Assembly (NCBI GenBank): GCA_041489155.1
Contig: JBGPQP010000003.1
Span: 32,001-96,000 of the forward strand
DNA: 64,000 nt
Source of the DNA: Candidatus Aenigmatarchaeota archaeon
GTDB lineage: Archaea; Aenigmatarchaeota; Aenigmatarchaeia; QMZP01; QMZT01
Direction of reading: 5' to 3'
In this document: in pieces, positions 19,286-28,548 of the stretch
How the letters are laid out: each line of letters starts with the position of its first letter
How positions within the stretch are numbered: position 1 is the stretch's first letter
Program-made: the position numbers and the translations under genes
The notes under the pieces: generated by a model
What the model saw: only the letters and a program-made list of their open reading frames with translations
The model's database searches: none
Told to the model about the DNA's origin: nothing

Positions 19286-20260
19286 ATGATATGCCTAGGC
19301 ATAGAATCCACCGCGCACACCTTCGGCATCGGCATCTGCGACGGTAAAGGCAAAGTTCTCGCTAACGAACGCTCGGTTTACAAGCCGAAGGCTGGCTGGG
19401 GCATCATCCCGATGGATGCGGCGAAGCATCACGAGGAAGCTAAACAGCCAGTGCTTCGTGCGGCGCTGGAAAAGGCGAATTTGAGAGCGGAAGACATCGA
19501 CGTAATCGCATATTCGCGCGGGCCCGGACTGCCACCGTGTTTGTACAGAGGTCTGGAACTTGCAAAAGAGCTTTCACAAAAACACAAGCTTCCGGTTGTG
19601 GATGTCAACCACTGCATCGCGCATGTAGAAATCGGAAGACTCACTTCGAAGTTCAAAGACCCGGTCGTCGTTTACGTTTCCGGTGGCAACACGCAGATTA
19701 TCTCCTTCGCTTCCGGCCGCTACCGCGTGTTCGGCGAATGCATGGACATGGGAATCGGAAACGCTCTCGACAAGTTCGGCCGCGCGGTCGGCCTCGACTT
19801 CCCGCAGGCGCCGAAAATCGAGCAGCTGGCGAAGGGAGGCAAATGGACCGAGCTGCCATACGTCGTCAAGGGAATGGATCTTTCCTTCTCGGGCATCGTG
19901 ACAGAATGCATCAAAAAACATCATAAAGGCGAGAAGCTTGAAGATATCTGCTATTCGATTCAGGAGGTCTTCTTTTCAATGTTGACAGAAGTCACGGAAC
20001 GTGCGCTTGCGCATCTCGGCAAGGACCAGGTCCTGCTCACAGGCGGCGTCGCAGCGAACATGCGCCTGCAGGAAATGCTGAACAAAATGTGCGAAGAGCG
20101 AGAAGCGAAGTTCAAAGTGGTGCCGCGCGAATATTCGGGCGACAACGGCGCGATGATTGCATGGAATGGCATTCTTGCCAGCAAGTCTGGGCAGAAAAAA
20201 GAAGCGAAGGACATCGACCCGAGATGGCGCACGGACGACGTTGAAATACCCTGGCTCTAA
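19286..20260 (+). CDS. kae1: tRNA t6A threonylcarbamoyltransferase Kae1 (stand-alone)
   Basis: LGIESTAHT, GPGLPP, VNHCIAHVE, VSGGNT, GGVAAN and DNGAMIA motifs. Confidence 0.96.
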   Translation: MICLGIESTAHTFGIGICDGKGKVLANERSVYKPKAGWGIIPMDAAKHHEEAKQPVLRAALEKANLRAEDIDVIAYSRGPGLPPCLYRGLELAKELSQKHKLPVVDVNHCIAHVEIGRLTSKFKDPVVVYVSGGNTQIISFASGRYRVFGECMDMGIGNALDKFGRAVGLDFPQAPKIEQLAKGGKWTELPYVVKGMDLSFSGIVTECIKKHHKGEKLEDICYSIQEVFFSMLTEVTERALAHLGKDQVLLTGGVAANMRLQEMLNKMCEEREAKFKVVPREYSGDNGAMIAWNGILASKSGQKKEAKDIDPRWRTDDVEIPWL

Positions 20261-20267
20261 ACTCCCT

Positions 20268-21680
20268 TCATTTTGCCTTGCGGTTGTTTATGTAGAAAGC
20301 GATGTTTCTCTCGTCACGATCAGCGCTGCAGGAGATGAACTTTTTCTTTACTGGGTATATGCCGTTGAAGCATGCCTTGCATGTGTCGGAGTGTCCTATT
20401 GCCTCGTCGAGCTCCTCTATAGTAGGATAGCAAACGCGGTCGGCATTAAGCTTCTTGGCCACCTTTTCTCCTATCTCTTCCACGGAACCGGTCAGCCCCT
20501 GGGCGGCGAACGTTTTGCCGCTTGGATCTTTCACGCACGGGTGGGAGAGAGGCGGGCAGGATATGACGGTGACGATTTCTTTCGCTCCCGCGTTCCTGAG
20601 CTTGTAAATCATGCCGTCCCTCAGGACGGTTCCCCTCACGATCGAATCATCACCGATAGCGACCTTTTTCCCCTTTATGAATTCCTTGTTCACGAAGAAC
20701 TTGACGCGTGCGGCCATTTTCCTTTCCTCCGGGTTCTCGACTTGGAAAGTCCTTTTGGCCCCCGGGTTCTTTATGAAAATTTCTTCGAAAGGTATGAATG
20801 CTTTCTTGATGTCGCAAAGACCCTGATGATATCCGATTGCAACGCCTCTCCCTGAATCCGGCGAAGCCAAGACTAAGTCGACGTCGAGAGGGTACCTTCT
20901 GGCGAGTTTTTTGCCGAGGTCTTTCCTCACGGCGTAGACATTCCTTCCCTCGATAACCGAGGTCGGGTCGGCAAAATACACCCATTCGAACGCGCAGTGC
21001 GCATGCACGTCTTTCTTGAGAACGCGCGTCTCCATGCCGTCTTTGGATATGACTATTATTTCCCCTGGTTCCACGTCCTTTATCAGTTCCGCTTCCAGCA
21101 AGTCCAGCGCCTTGGTTTCGGAGGCTATCACGTATGTCTTGCCCTTTTTGCCTAGGCACAGCGGCTTAATCCCTTTCGGGTCCCTGAAGGCTATCAGGTA
21201 AAACTTCCCGCCTTTTCTGGCGGCTATGACCACGTTGTAAGGGCCCCTGCCCTCGAGCTTTTCCATCACTTTCTCGGCAGCCGAGTAGAAATTTCCCGTT
21301 TCCTTGAGATAATCCAGGAACAATGTCCTCATCACGCTGTCATGCTTTTTCTCGCCGAAGCCCAGCAGCACGCCGTCCATTGCCAGGGAGATGTCGACGT
21401 TCTGGTCGCCCCACTGCTCTGTGGGCTGCAGGTCCCCGCTCCTTTCATAAAGCGTGTGGCCTATGCCGATGAACGGGCTCATTTTCTCCAGTTGCGCGAG
21501 CTTGTCCTTGAGGAAGTAATAAACAAGGCCCTCTCCAGTGAGCGTGCGGAAGTACTTGCTGTCGTTGACGCTCACACCGCAGCCCTCTTCTCCTCTGTGC
21601 TGCAGGGCTGTGAGGCCGTAAAACAAGTCGCTCATTATGTTCTTGCCGTCGACAGAAAAGATCCCGATTATTCCCGACAT
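20268..21680 (-). CDS. purF: Amidophosphoribosyltransferase with degenerate glutaminase domain
   Basis: LQHRGEE, RDPKGIKPL, ASET, CAFEWVYF, PDSG, DDSIVRGT and CKACF motifs; N-terminus is MSG rather than MCG. Confidence 0.92.
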   Translation of the reverse strand: MSGIIGIFSVDGKNIMSDLFYGLTALQHRGEEGCGVSVNDSKYFRTLTGEGLVYYFLKDKLAQLEKMSPFIGIGHTLYERSGDLQPTEQWGDQNVDISLAMDGVLLGFGEKKHDSVMRTLFLDYLKETGNFYSAAEKVMEKLEGRGPYNVVIAARKGGKFYLIAFRDPKGIKPLCLGKKGKTYVIASETKALDLLEAELIKDVEPGEIIVISKDGMETRVLKKDVHAHCAFEWVYFADPTSVIEGRNVYAVRKDLGKKLARRYPLDVDLVLASPDSGRGVAIGYHQGLCDIKKAFIPFEEIFIKNPGAKRTFQVENPEERKMAARVKFFVNKEFIKGKKVAIGDDSIVRGTVLRDGMIYKLRNAGAKEIVTVISCPPLSHPCVKDPSGKTFAAQGLTGSVEEIGEKVAKKLNADRVCYPTIEELDEAIGHSDTCKACFNGIYPVKKKFISCSADRDERNIAFYINNRKAK

Positions 21681-21767
21681 TTTATTATCTTGACAGCGAT
21701 ATTTTTAAATCTGTGTGTCGGCGCATAGACGGAATTGAGGCTTTGAGACTAGTCGGATAAAAAAGAT

Positions 21768-21950
21768 TTAACAGGGAGTTGGTGCTTCTTTAATTTCTTG
21801 CGCTATCTTGCTGAGACCCTTTCTGGCGACGTGTGGATAGATAATACCGGTTTCAACGTAAGGCTGCCTTGCAAGCACGGCATCAGCCTCCATTTGAACA
21901 AAAAATTTTCTGAGGCCAAATTTACTGTCTATTTCTTCCGGGGTCATCAT
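21768..21950 (-). CDS. Small hypothetical protein (AT-rich insert)
   Basis: 60-aa ORF preceded by GGTGG and TTTAAATA. Confidence 0.45.
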   Translation of the reverse strand: MMTPEEIDSKFGLRKFFVQMEADAVLARQPYVETGIIYPHVARKGLSKIAQEIKEAPTPC

Positions 21951-22064
21951 ACCACCTGATAGATTCTTGAAATCTAATATTTAAATACTTGATTAATGTA
22001 ATTTCTTTTTAGTGATTACAAAATAAAACAGTTCGCTTTTATTTTCCTCTGTCATTTTATATCC

Positions 22065-23348
22065 ATGAGAGTCGCGATTTTGTCGGATTTCCACTTCGGT
22101 TTCGGGGATGGCAGCGAACGGGCGAATGACCCGTACGACGCCTTCAAGGAAGCGATAGAGAAAGCGATGGGCTGCGACCTGATAATCTTCGCGGGCGACA
22201 TCTTCGATAACCGCAGCCCCGACGCAGAGACCCTGACCAGGGCGATGGAGCTGATGATACCTCCGCTGCTCACGCAGACGGGCGTTAAGCTGATGCAGGG
22301 CATAGGCAAGGATGTTTCGAAGGTTTCTGAAATGGCGCTCATGGGCATCCCCATCGTCGCGATCCACGGGACGCATGAAAGGCGAACGAAAGGCCTGCTC
22401 AATCCGGTCGAAGCGCTGGAGAAGGCGGGCTTCCTGATATATTTGCACTGCAACGGCGTCGTTTTCGATAAGGACGGCACGCGCGTCGCGATACAGGGCA
22501 TGTCAGGCGTGCCAGACCAGTACGCGGAAAGCGTATTGTCAAACTGGAATCCCGCGCCGGAGCACGGCTGCTTCAACATCCTCATCCTTCACCAGTCGAT
22601 AACAGAGTTTCTCTACGCACCGCACACACTCGACCTGAACAAGCTCCCGAAAGGCTTCGATGTCTATGTCGACGGCCATATCCACGAGGCGAAGGAAAGC
22701 GAATACGCAGGAGGGACGTTCCTGCTTTCCGGTTCGCTTGTCCCGACGCAGATAAGAGAGGAATCGGAGAAGCCGAAGGGCTTCTGGATAATCGAAACCT
22801 CGCTGCGCGACGAGATAAAGGATTCGCCCGTCCTCCAGAAAGCGAGAAAATACCTCAAGAACGGCTACGCAATCTACTGGATCGAGCTTGGGCACCAGAG
22901 AAAGGTTTACGTGCGCTCATTCGAAAACCCGGACATCGAAACCGTAGAGGCCGAGCTGGGCAAAATCGTGAAAGAAAACCCGCAGAGGAAGCCCATCGTA
23001 AGAATCGACTTCAAGGGCAGGGTCAGCCCGACGCTCGCGGATGAGATAGAGATGAAATTCGGCGCAAAGGCGATACTTTCGCTGAAAAGGGAAAAAGAGG
23101 AAAAGGCGCTTCCCACCAAGACGCTGGAGGAGCACAAGCTGTCGGTCGAGGAGCTGGGCAGGAAGATACTGATGGAGAATCTTGCGAAAGCAGGTCTTGA
23201 GACCAAGGCTTTCGAATCCCTTTTCGAGCTGCTGTCCGCAGGCAAAAGCGATGAAGCGATGGCGCTGCTCGAAAAAGCGTCGCTCAAAGAGGAAAAACCG
23301 AAAAACGTCAAACAAACTAGGCTTTTTCTGGCAGGCAAGAGGCAGTAG
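22065..23348 (+). CDS. mre11: DNA double-strand break repair nuclease Mre11
   Basis: SDFHFG, AGDIFD, IHGTHE, LHQ and GHIH metallophosphoesterase motifs; length and C-terminus are Mre11-like. Confidence 0.85.
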   Translation: MRVAILSDFHFGFGDGSERANDPYDAFKEAIEKAMGCDLIIFAGDIFDNRSPDAETLTRAMELMIPPLLTQTGVKLMQGIGKDVSKVSEMALMGIPIVAIHGTHERRTKGLLNPVEALEKAGFLIYLHCNGVVFDKDGTRVAIQGMSGVPDQYAESVLSNWNPAPEHGCFNILILHQSITEFLYAPHTLDLNKLPKGFDVYVDGHIHEAKESEYAGGTFLLSGSLVPTQIREESEKPKGFWIIETSLRDEIKDSPVLQKARKYLKNGYAIYWIELGHQRKVYVRSFENPDIETVEAELGKIVKENPQRKPIVRIDFKGRVSPTLADEIEMKFGAKAILSLKREKEEKALPTKTLEEHKLSVEELGRKILMENLAKAGLETKAFESLFELLSAGKSDEAMALLEKASLKEEKPKNVKQTRLFLAGKRQ

Positions 23349-23413
23349 AACAAATAAGCAATTTATACTATGCGAACCCAACAATATATATAAAGGCTGT
23401 ATAGGGTGTCATT

Positions 23414-23983
23414 ATGGTCGAGTTTCACATAAAGGTCGAAAATGTAGTCGCCTTTGCTGTTTTAGGCAAGAGAATCGTGCTCAACAAGCTCGTTGAAAAA
23501 ATGGGCAACACCGAATACGAGCCCGAACAGTTCCCGGGCCTCGTCTACAGGATAAAGGACCCGAGGGCGGCTGCGCTTATTTTCTCGTCAGGCAAGATAG
23601 TCTGCACCGGAGCGAAGAGCATAGCTATGGCAAAGGAAGCCATGAGGAAAATCGTGCAGGACATAAAGAAGACAGGCACCGCCATGCCGACGAAGTTCAA
23701 CATAAACATAGAGAACATAGTCGCGTCGACTAAAATCGACGTCAAGCCAAGGCTCATGCTCGAGGAAATCGCCATGTCGCTCGAGGAAGTGGAATACGAG
23801 CCCGAACAGTTCCCCGGCCTTGTTTACAGGATGAAGAGCCCGCGAACCGCTTTCCTGCTTTTCGGCTCGGGCAAGATAATCTGCACGGGCGGCCGCAGCC
23901 TGGAGGACATAAACACTGCACTGAACAACTTCAAGAAGCGGCTGGAAGGGATAGGCCTGAAAATCAAGCCGGCGAAAGACTGA
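23414..23983 (+). CDS. tbp: TATA-box binding protein
   Basis: Two repeats of YEPEQFPGLVYR and F.SGKI.CTG. Confidence 0.98.
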   Translation: MVEFHIKVENVVAFAVLGKRIVLNKLVEKMGNTEYEPEQFPGLVYRIKDPRAAALIFSSGKIVCTGAKSIAMAKEAMRKIVQDIKKTGTAMPTKFNINIENIVASTKIDVKPRLMLEEIAMSLEEVEYEPEQFPGLVYRMKSPRTAFLLFGSGKIICTGGRSLEDINTALNNFKKRLEGIGLKIKPAKD

Positions 23984-24033
23984 TTCTCTGGCAACGCAAA
24001 TAACATTTAAGCAGCCGGGACAAATTCTTTAAC

Positions 24034-24945
24034 ATGGATGCTTTTGACAAGATAATCCGCGACATAAGGACCGTTAAAATCCAGGGCGCCGAGAATATCG
24101 CCATAAGCGCGGTCAAGGCACTCGAGTACCGCGGCTCAAAAATAAAGACGCATTCGGCGGCGAAGTTCTTTTACGAAATCGAGGCAGCGAAGCGCCAGCT
24201 TTTCGCTTCCAGGCCGACAGAACCGCTTATGAGGAATTCGCTTTTATACATAATCGATTCCCTGAAATCCGACAGCAACAGCGTTCTCGATCTCAAGAAG
24301 TCGCTGCGCAACCTTTCCATCGAGGTTTTGAACCACTTCGAACACGCGAGGCAGAGAATCGCGGAGATAGGGGCGAAGAAAATCGAGAACGGCATGATAG
24401 TCTTCACCCACTGCCATTCCTCGACCGTGATGCTGATCCTGAAGGCGGCGAAGGCGAAAGGCACGCGCTTCGCGGTTTACAACACGGAAGCTCGCCCGCT
24501 CTTGCAGGGAAGAATCACCGCGAAAGAGCTCGCCAAGATGAAAATCCCCGTCACCCATTTTATCGACTCCGCGGCAAGGATTGCGCTGAAGAAGGCCGAC
24601 ATCTTCCTTATGGGTTTCGACGCTGTGACGACGACGAGGGTCTACAACAAGATCGGCTCGGAGCTGTTCGCCATAATCGCAGACAAATACGATGTCCCGA
24701 TATACGCCTGCGGCGACGCGTGGAAGTTCGACCCGGAGGGCATCGCGGGCTGCGAGGAGAAAATCGAGCTCCGCCCTTCCAAGGAAATATGGCCCTCAGC
24801 GCCGAAGGGCGTCAAAATCGAAAACCCGTGCTTTGAAAAAATAAATCCCGAACTCATCACAGCGATAATCTCGGAGCTAGGCGTCTACACCCACGAGAAC
24901 TTCGTCGAGGAAGTGAAGAAGGCGTATCCGTGGCTTTCTGAATAA
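24034..24945 (+). CDS. Ribose-1,5-bisphosphate isomerase / eIF-2B family protein
   Basis: IQGA, SRPTEP, THCHSSTV, TEARP.QG, NKIGS and ISELG motifs. Confidence 0.88.
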   Translation: MDAFDKIIRDIRTVKIQGAENIAISAVKALEYRGSKIKTHSAAKFFYEIEAAKRQLFASRPTEPLMRNSLLYIIDSLKSDSNSVLDLKKSLRNLSIEVLNHFEHARQRIAEIGAKKIENGMIVFTHCHSSTVMLILKAAKAKGTRFAVYNTEARPLLQGRITAKELAKMKIPVTHFIDSAARIALKKADIFLMGFDAVTTTRVYNKIGSELFAIIADKYDVPIYACGDAWKFDPEGIAGCEEKIELRPSKEIWPSAPKGVKIENPCFEKINPELITAIISELGVYTHENFVEEVKKAYPWLSE

Positions 24946-25048
24946 AAATAATGTCGATATATGCTGGTTTTATGGCAACAAAAAGCTTTAAATATCATGA
25001 ATCCAAGTATTAACTATCAATAAGTAATAAAATATAAATGGTGAGGAT

Positions 25049-25843
25049 ATGCCTGAGGTTTTTCAATACGGTTCTAATCTGAGCAAGGATCGCTTTACTA
25101 GTAGGATGTTGCAGGGTGAATATAGGCCCGTGAGTGATCTTGGCAGATATGATTTAAATGGGTGCGAAGTCGTATTTGATGTTCCCAGTCAAACCGTACG
25201 CGTAGCTGCTGACATGATACCTTCTCAGCCTTCTTCACGTGCTGTCGGAAGAGTTTGGGGCATAACAAAAAAACAATTTGAAACTCTCAAAGGATTCGAG
25301 GGTCCTCGTTATAGAGAGGAAAGAATACAGATACCCGGAGTTGGCAATGCAATAACGTTTGTTGGCACGGATGATGCCAGAAGAATTTTCAGAGCACAAC
25401 ATTCTGGCGAGTTGCCTACAGGAGAGTATCTTCATCACATCATAACCGGACTTAATGATCCTAACGTAAGAGCAGAAATAGAATATATAAGTCAAATTAT
25501 AGGAAAAGGAAGACCAAATCTCTCTGGAAGTAGAAGAGATGTCAGGCAAACCTTTGACAACCCTAGAGAATTTATGACATCTTCAATCGGAATCGACAGA
25601 AATTTAAGAGACGATTTGGGAGTAGGAGTAGGAGATTTTGTTCGGGTACATTATGATAGAAATTGGCTTAATCTTCAGGTAAGAAAGGCCCCAATAGAAT
25701 TAGTCGATTCTACTCTGTCACCCGTAACTCTTTCAAGAAAAGCTAGAGAATTTCTTGGCATGCGACCCGTTTCGCAAAGGGACGCGGAAAGCTTCAGAAC
25801 AATATATCCTGGATTATCCATCACCAGATTAGAAAATTTATAG
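25049..25843 (+). CDS. Gamma-glutamylcyclotransferase (GGCT/AIG2-like) fused to a putative double-psi-barrel C-terminal domain
   Basis: FQYGSNL, VGRVW, LKGFEG..Y and EYLHHI motifs; AT-rich. Confidence 0.7.
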   Translation: MPEVFQYGSNLSKDRFTSRMLQGEYRPVSDLGRYDLNGCEVVFDVPSQTVRVAADMIPSQPSSRAVGRVWGITKKQFETLKGFEGPRYREERIQIPGVGNAITFVGTDDARRIFRAQHSGELPTGEYLHHIITGLNDPNVRAEIEYISQIIGKGRPNLSGSRRDVRQTFDNPREFMTSSIGIDRNLRDDLGVGVGDFVRVHYDRNWLNLQVRKAPIELVDSTLSPVTLSRKAREFLGMRPVSQRDAESFRTIYPGLSITRLENL

Positions 25844-25892
25844 AACTGGTCTCTCAACCAAACTTTTTATGACCTCGTTCAATTCAATAACT

Positions 25893-27467
25893 ATGAGCTT
25901 CGTGAGCCATCCGATGATCAGGCCGAATGCGATAGAGTCGAGACTCTACCAGGAAGCGATAGTCGGCAGGGCGGCAGCGAACGACCTGCTCTGTGTGTTG
26001 CCAACGGGATTGGGCAAGACTCCTATAGCCATCGTTTTAGCCGTTCACCGCCTTGAGAAATTCCCGGGCTCTAAGGTACTGGTCATGGCGCCGACCAAGC
26101 CGCTGACCGAGCAACATCTGCATTCTTTCATGCGGGCGATAAATCTGCCGGATGAGGAGTTCGTCCTGGTCACAGGAAAGACAAAGCCTGGCAGCAGGCA
26201 GGAGCTTTACAGGAACGCCAGAATAATTTTTGCCACGCCGCAGACCATCGAGAACGATCTGGAAGGGGGAAGGATAAACCTGGAGGACTTCTCCCTCCTG
26301 GTCTTCGACGAGGCGCACCATTCGATAGGAGATTACGCTTACCCTTACATAGCTAAGGCGTATGCCGGGCAGGCGAAGAACCGCAGGATCCTCGGCCTGA
26401 CAGCATCCCCGGGCGGGACGAAGGCTAAGATAAAGGAGATCATGGACAACCTCGGCATCCGCGAGGTCGAGATACGGACGGAGAAAGATTTCGATGTGGA
26501 GCCGTGGGTGCAGGAGAAGCATGTGGAATGGGTCTACGTCAGGCTGCCGGACGCCTTCGTTGAACTGGGCAAAACGCTCAGAAAAGCCTATATGGACAGG
26601 CTGGAGAAGCTCAGGAAAATAGGCTTCAACAAGCCCGTCGGCATCATAAGCAAGCGTGACCTTCTGGCGCTGCAACAGAAGCTCATGGCCAGCCCCTCGC
26701 GCGACTACACCAAGTTCTGGGGCGTTTCGCTGGTCTCGCAGGCGATAAAGCTCGAGCACGCGCTCGGCCTGCTTGAGACGCAGGGCATAACATCGCTCTG
26801 GAACTACTTCAGGAAGCTGTCTTCAAGCAAGGCAAAATCGTCACGGAGCGTGCTGAAGGACAAGAACGTGATAAAGGCGATGAAGCTATCCGAAGCGCTG
26901 GAGGCCGAAGGCCGCAAGCATCCGAAGATGGCGAAGCTCAGCGAGCTCGTTAGCTTCCAGCTGCGCGAAAAACCCGCCTCGAAAATCATCCTGTTCGCGA
27001 ATTACAGGGAGATGGTCAGGGAGCTAGTCAAGACGCTGTCCAATGTTGAAGGCGCGAGGCCTGGCGAATTCATGGGACAGAAGGAAGGGATGACGCAGAA
27101 CGAACAGAAGCAGCGCATACAGGAGTTCAAGGACGGCATCTATAACATACTGGTAACCACATCAATCGGCGAGGAAGGAATTGACATACCGGAGATGGAG
27201 CTCGCGATTTTCTACGAGCCCGTCCCTAGCGAAATTCGTTCGATTCAGCGGCGCGGACGAGTGGGGCGAACGAAAGTCGGCAGGATAATCATACTCATGG
27301 CCAAGGGCACGAGGGACGAAGCGTATTACTGGACCGCGCAGAGAAAGGAAAGCATCATGAGGAAAACGCTGTACGAGATGAAGGAGGAATCACGATTCCC
27401 GGAGGTGCCGACGCGTCAAAGAAGAAAGATTGCCAAGAGAAATCAGAGTAGTTTATCGGATTTCTGA
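25893..27467 (+). CDS. hef: Hef/FANCM-type SF2 helicase, without ERCC4 nuclease domain
   Basis: RLYQ, LPTGLGKT, PTKPL, DEAHH, LTASPG, HPK, SIGEEGIDIP and IQRRGRVGR motifs. Confidence 0.9.
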   Translation: MSFVSHPMIRPNAIESRLYQEAIVGRAAANDLLCVLPTGLGKTPIAIVLAVHRLEKFPGSKVLVMAPTKPLTEQHLHSFMRAINLPDEEFVLVTGKTKPGSRQELYRNARIIFATPQTIENDLEGGRINLEDFSLLVFDEAHHSIGDYAYPYIAKAYAGQAKNRRILGLTASPGGTKAKIKEIMDNLGIREVEIRTEKDFDVEPWVQEKHVEWVYVRLPDAFVELGKTLRKAYMDRLEKLRKIGFNKPVGIISKRDLLALQQKLMASPSRDYTKFWGVSLVSQAIKLEHALGLLETQGITSLWNYFRKLSSSKAKSSRSVLKDKNVIKAMKLSEALEAEGRKHPKMAKLSELVSFQLREKPASKIILFANYREMVRELVKTLSNVEGARPGEFMGQKEGMTQNEQKQRIQEFKDGIYNILVTTSIGEEGIDIPEMELAIFYEPVPSEIRSIQRRGRVGRTKVGRIIILMAKGTRDEAYYWTAQRKESIMRKTLYEMKEESRFPEVPTRQRRKIAKRNQSSLSDF

Positions 27468-27479
27468 TCAGGTTAAATG

Positions 27480-28436
27480 TTATATTCGAATGTGGCGTAA
27501 TTCACCTCTCGTGTATAGTGTTCTCCGTAAACGAAACAAAGCCCTTTGCCTAAGCTGACTAATTCGTACAGGTGTGACATCATATTTCCAAGCAAGTTGT
27601 CTAGTTTTCCCTAAATCAATGTTATCAGTAAACTTGAAACTCACAACATCGCCATGTTTTCTGCCTTTTTCTACTGTTTTTATTATTCCAAATGATTCTA
27701 ATAGATGTTCTGGAACATCTGAAAGAGGACCATATTTAGATTCAACGTATTTTAAAATTTCAGACCTATCCACGGGTTCAGTAGTTAAATTGTTTCTATT
27801 AAAATCATAATATTTTTCAATTATTGAAAATTCTCTCTCGGGAAGTGAGGATAGAGCTGAGTTCAAAGCCATGCACAACCTTTCTTCAAAATCAATCTCA
27901 GATGATGTTTTTTTAGATAAAATTAAGTCTTTATACCACCACTGATCTTCTTCTGTGGGTACTGGCCATTTGTCCACCAAGTTTAAAATAATACCAGCCA
28001 GACATTTTCTCATATACAGATCGTAATTCTTATCTTTGCCCGATGTGTGTTTTCTCTGGTTACCTAAAAATTGTATAAACGCTTCCTGAATAATATCTTC
28101 CCTGTCCTCTTCTGTCGTATCCGACCTTTTTTTGTATTCCACACAATTGTCGAATATTCTCTTCATTATTTCCAAAACCTTACCGGTTTCCATGTTTTTT
28201 TCCAACTTTCCAATTCCATTAGTGTATCCTAAAATTTTCATTTCCTCTCTCGTGGTCAAACCAAGTTCTTTCCTAACATGGGAAGGATTGCTATCGAAAA
28301 AATGTTTATAAACATCACTATGTCCTGCATCGCTTATTTCATAGATATTAGGATTCCTTCGGTTTTTTGTACAAAATCCTAAGTAAAACTCTAAAAATTC
28401 ATCCCTCTTTCCCAAACATATTTCTGTATTTGCCAT
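27480..28436 (-). CDS. Sigma70-like protein (regions 2 and 4) with possible N-terminal homing-endonuclease-associated repeat
   Basis: EDIIQEAFIQFL...YMRKCL (region 2); ALSSLPEREFSIIEKYY...QLAWKYDVTPVRISQLRQRALFRLR (region 4 HTH); AT-rich. Confidence 0.7.
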   Translation of the reverse strand: MANTEICLGKRDEFLEFYLGFCTKNRRNPNIYEISDAGHSDVYKHFFDSNPSHVRKELGLTTREEMKILGYTNGIGKLEKNMETGKVLEIMKRIFDNCVEYKKRSDTTEEDREDIIQEAFIQFLGNQRKHTSGKDKNYDLYMRKCLAGIILNLVDKWPVPTEEDQWWYKDLILSKKTSSEIDFEERLCMALNSALSSLPEREFSIIEKYYDFNRNNLTTEPVDRSEILKYVESKYGPLSDVPEHLLESFGIIKTVEKGRKHGDVVSFKFTDNIDLGKTRQLAWKYDVTPVRISQLRQRALFRLRRTLYTRGELRHIRI

Positions 28437-28548
28437 ATTTCCAATTCAAATTAAATTCTAAGATTTAAATAAGCTACTATCTTATAGTAGTTAATAATTA
28501 AAACACCACAAAAAGTTATTTTAAATCATGTAGCATAATAGTCTAATT

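Noticed and set aside
23510..23890. Direct nucleotide repeat GAATACGAGCCCGAACAGTTCCC
   Set aside because: It is the normal internal two-fold repeat of TBP.
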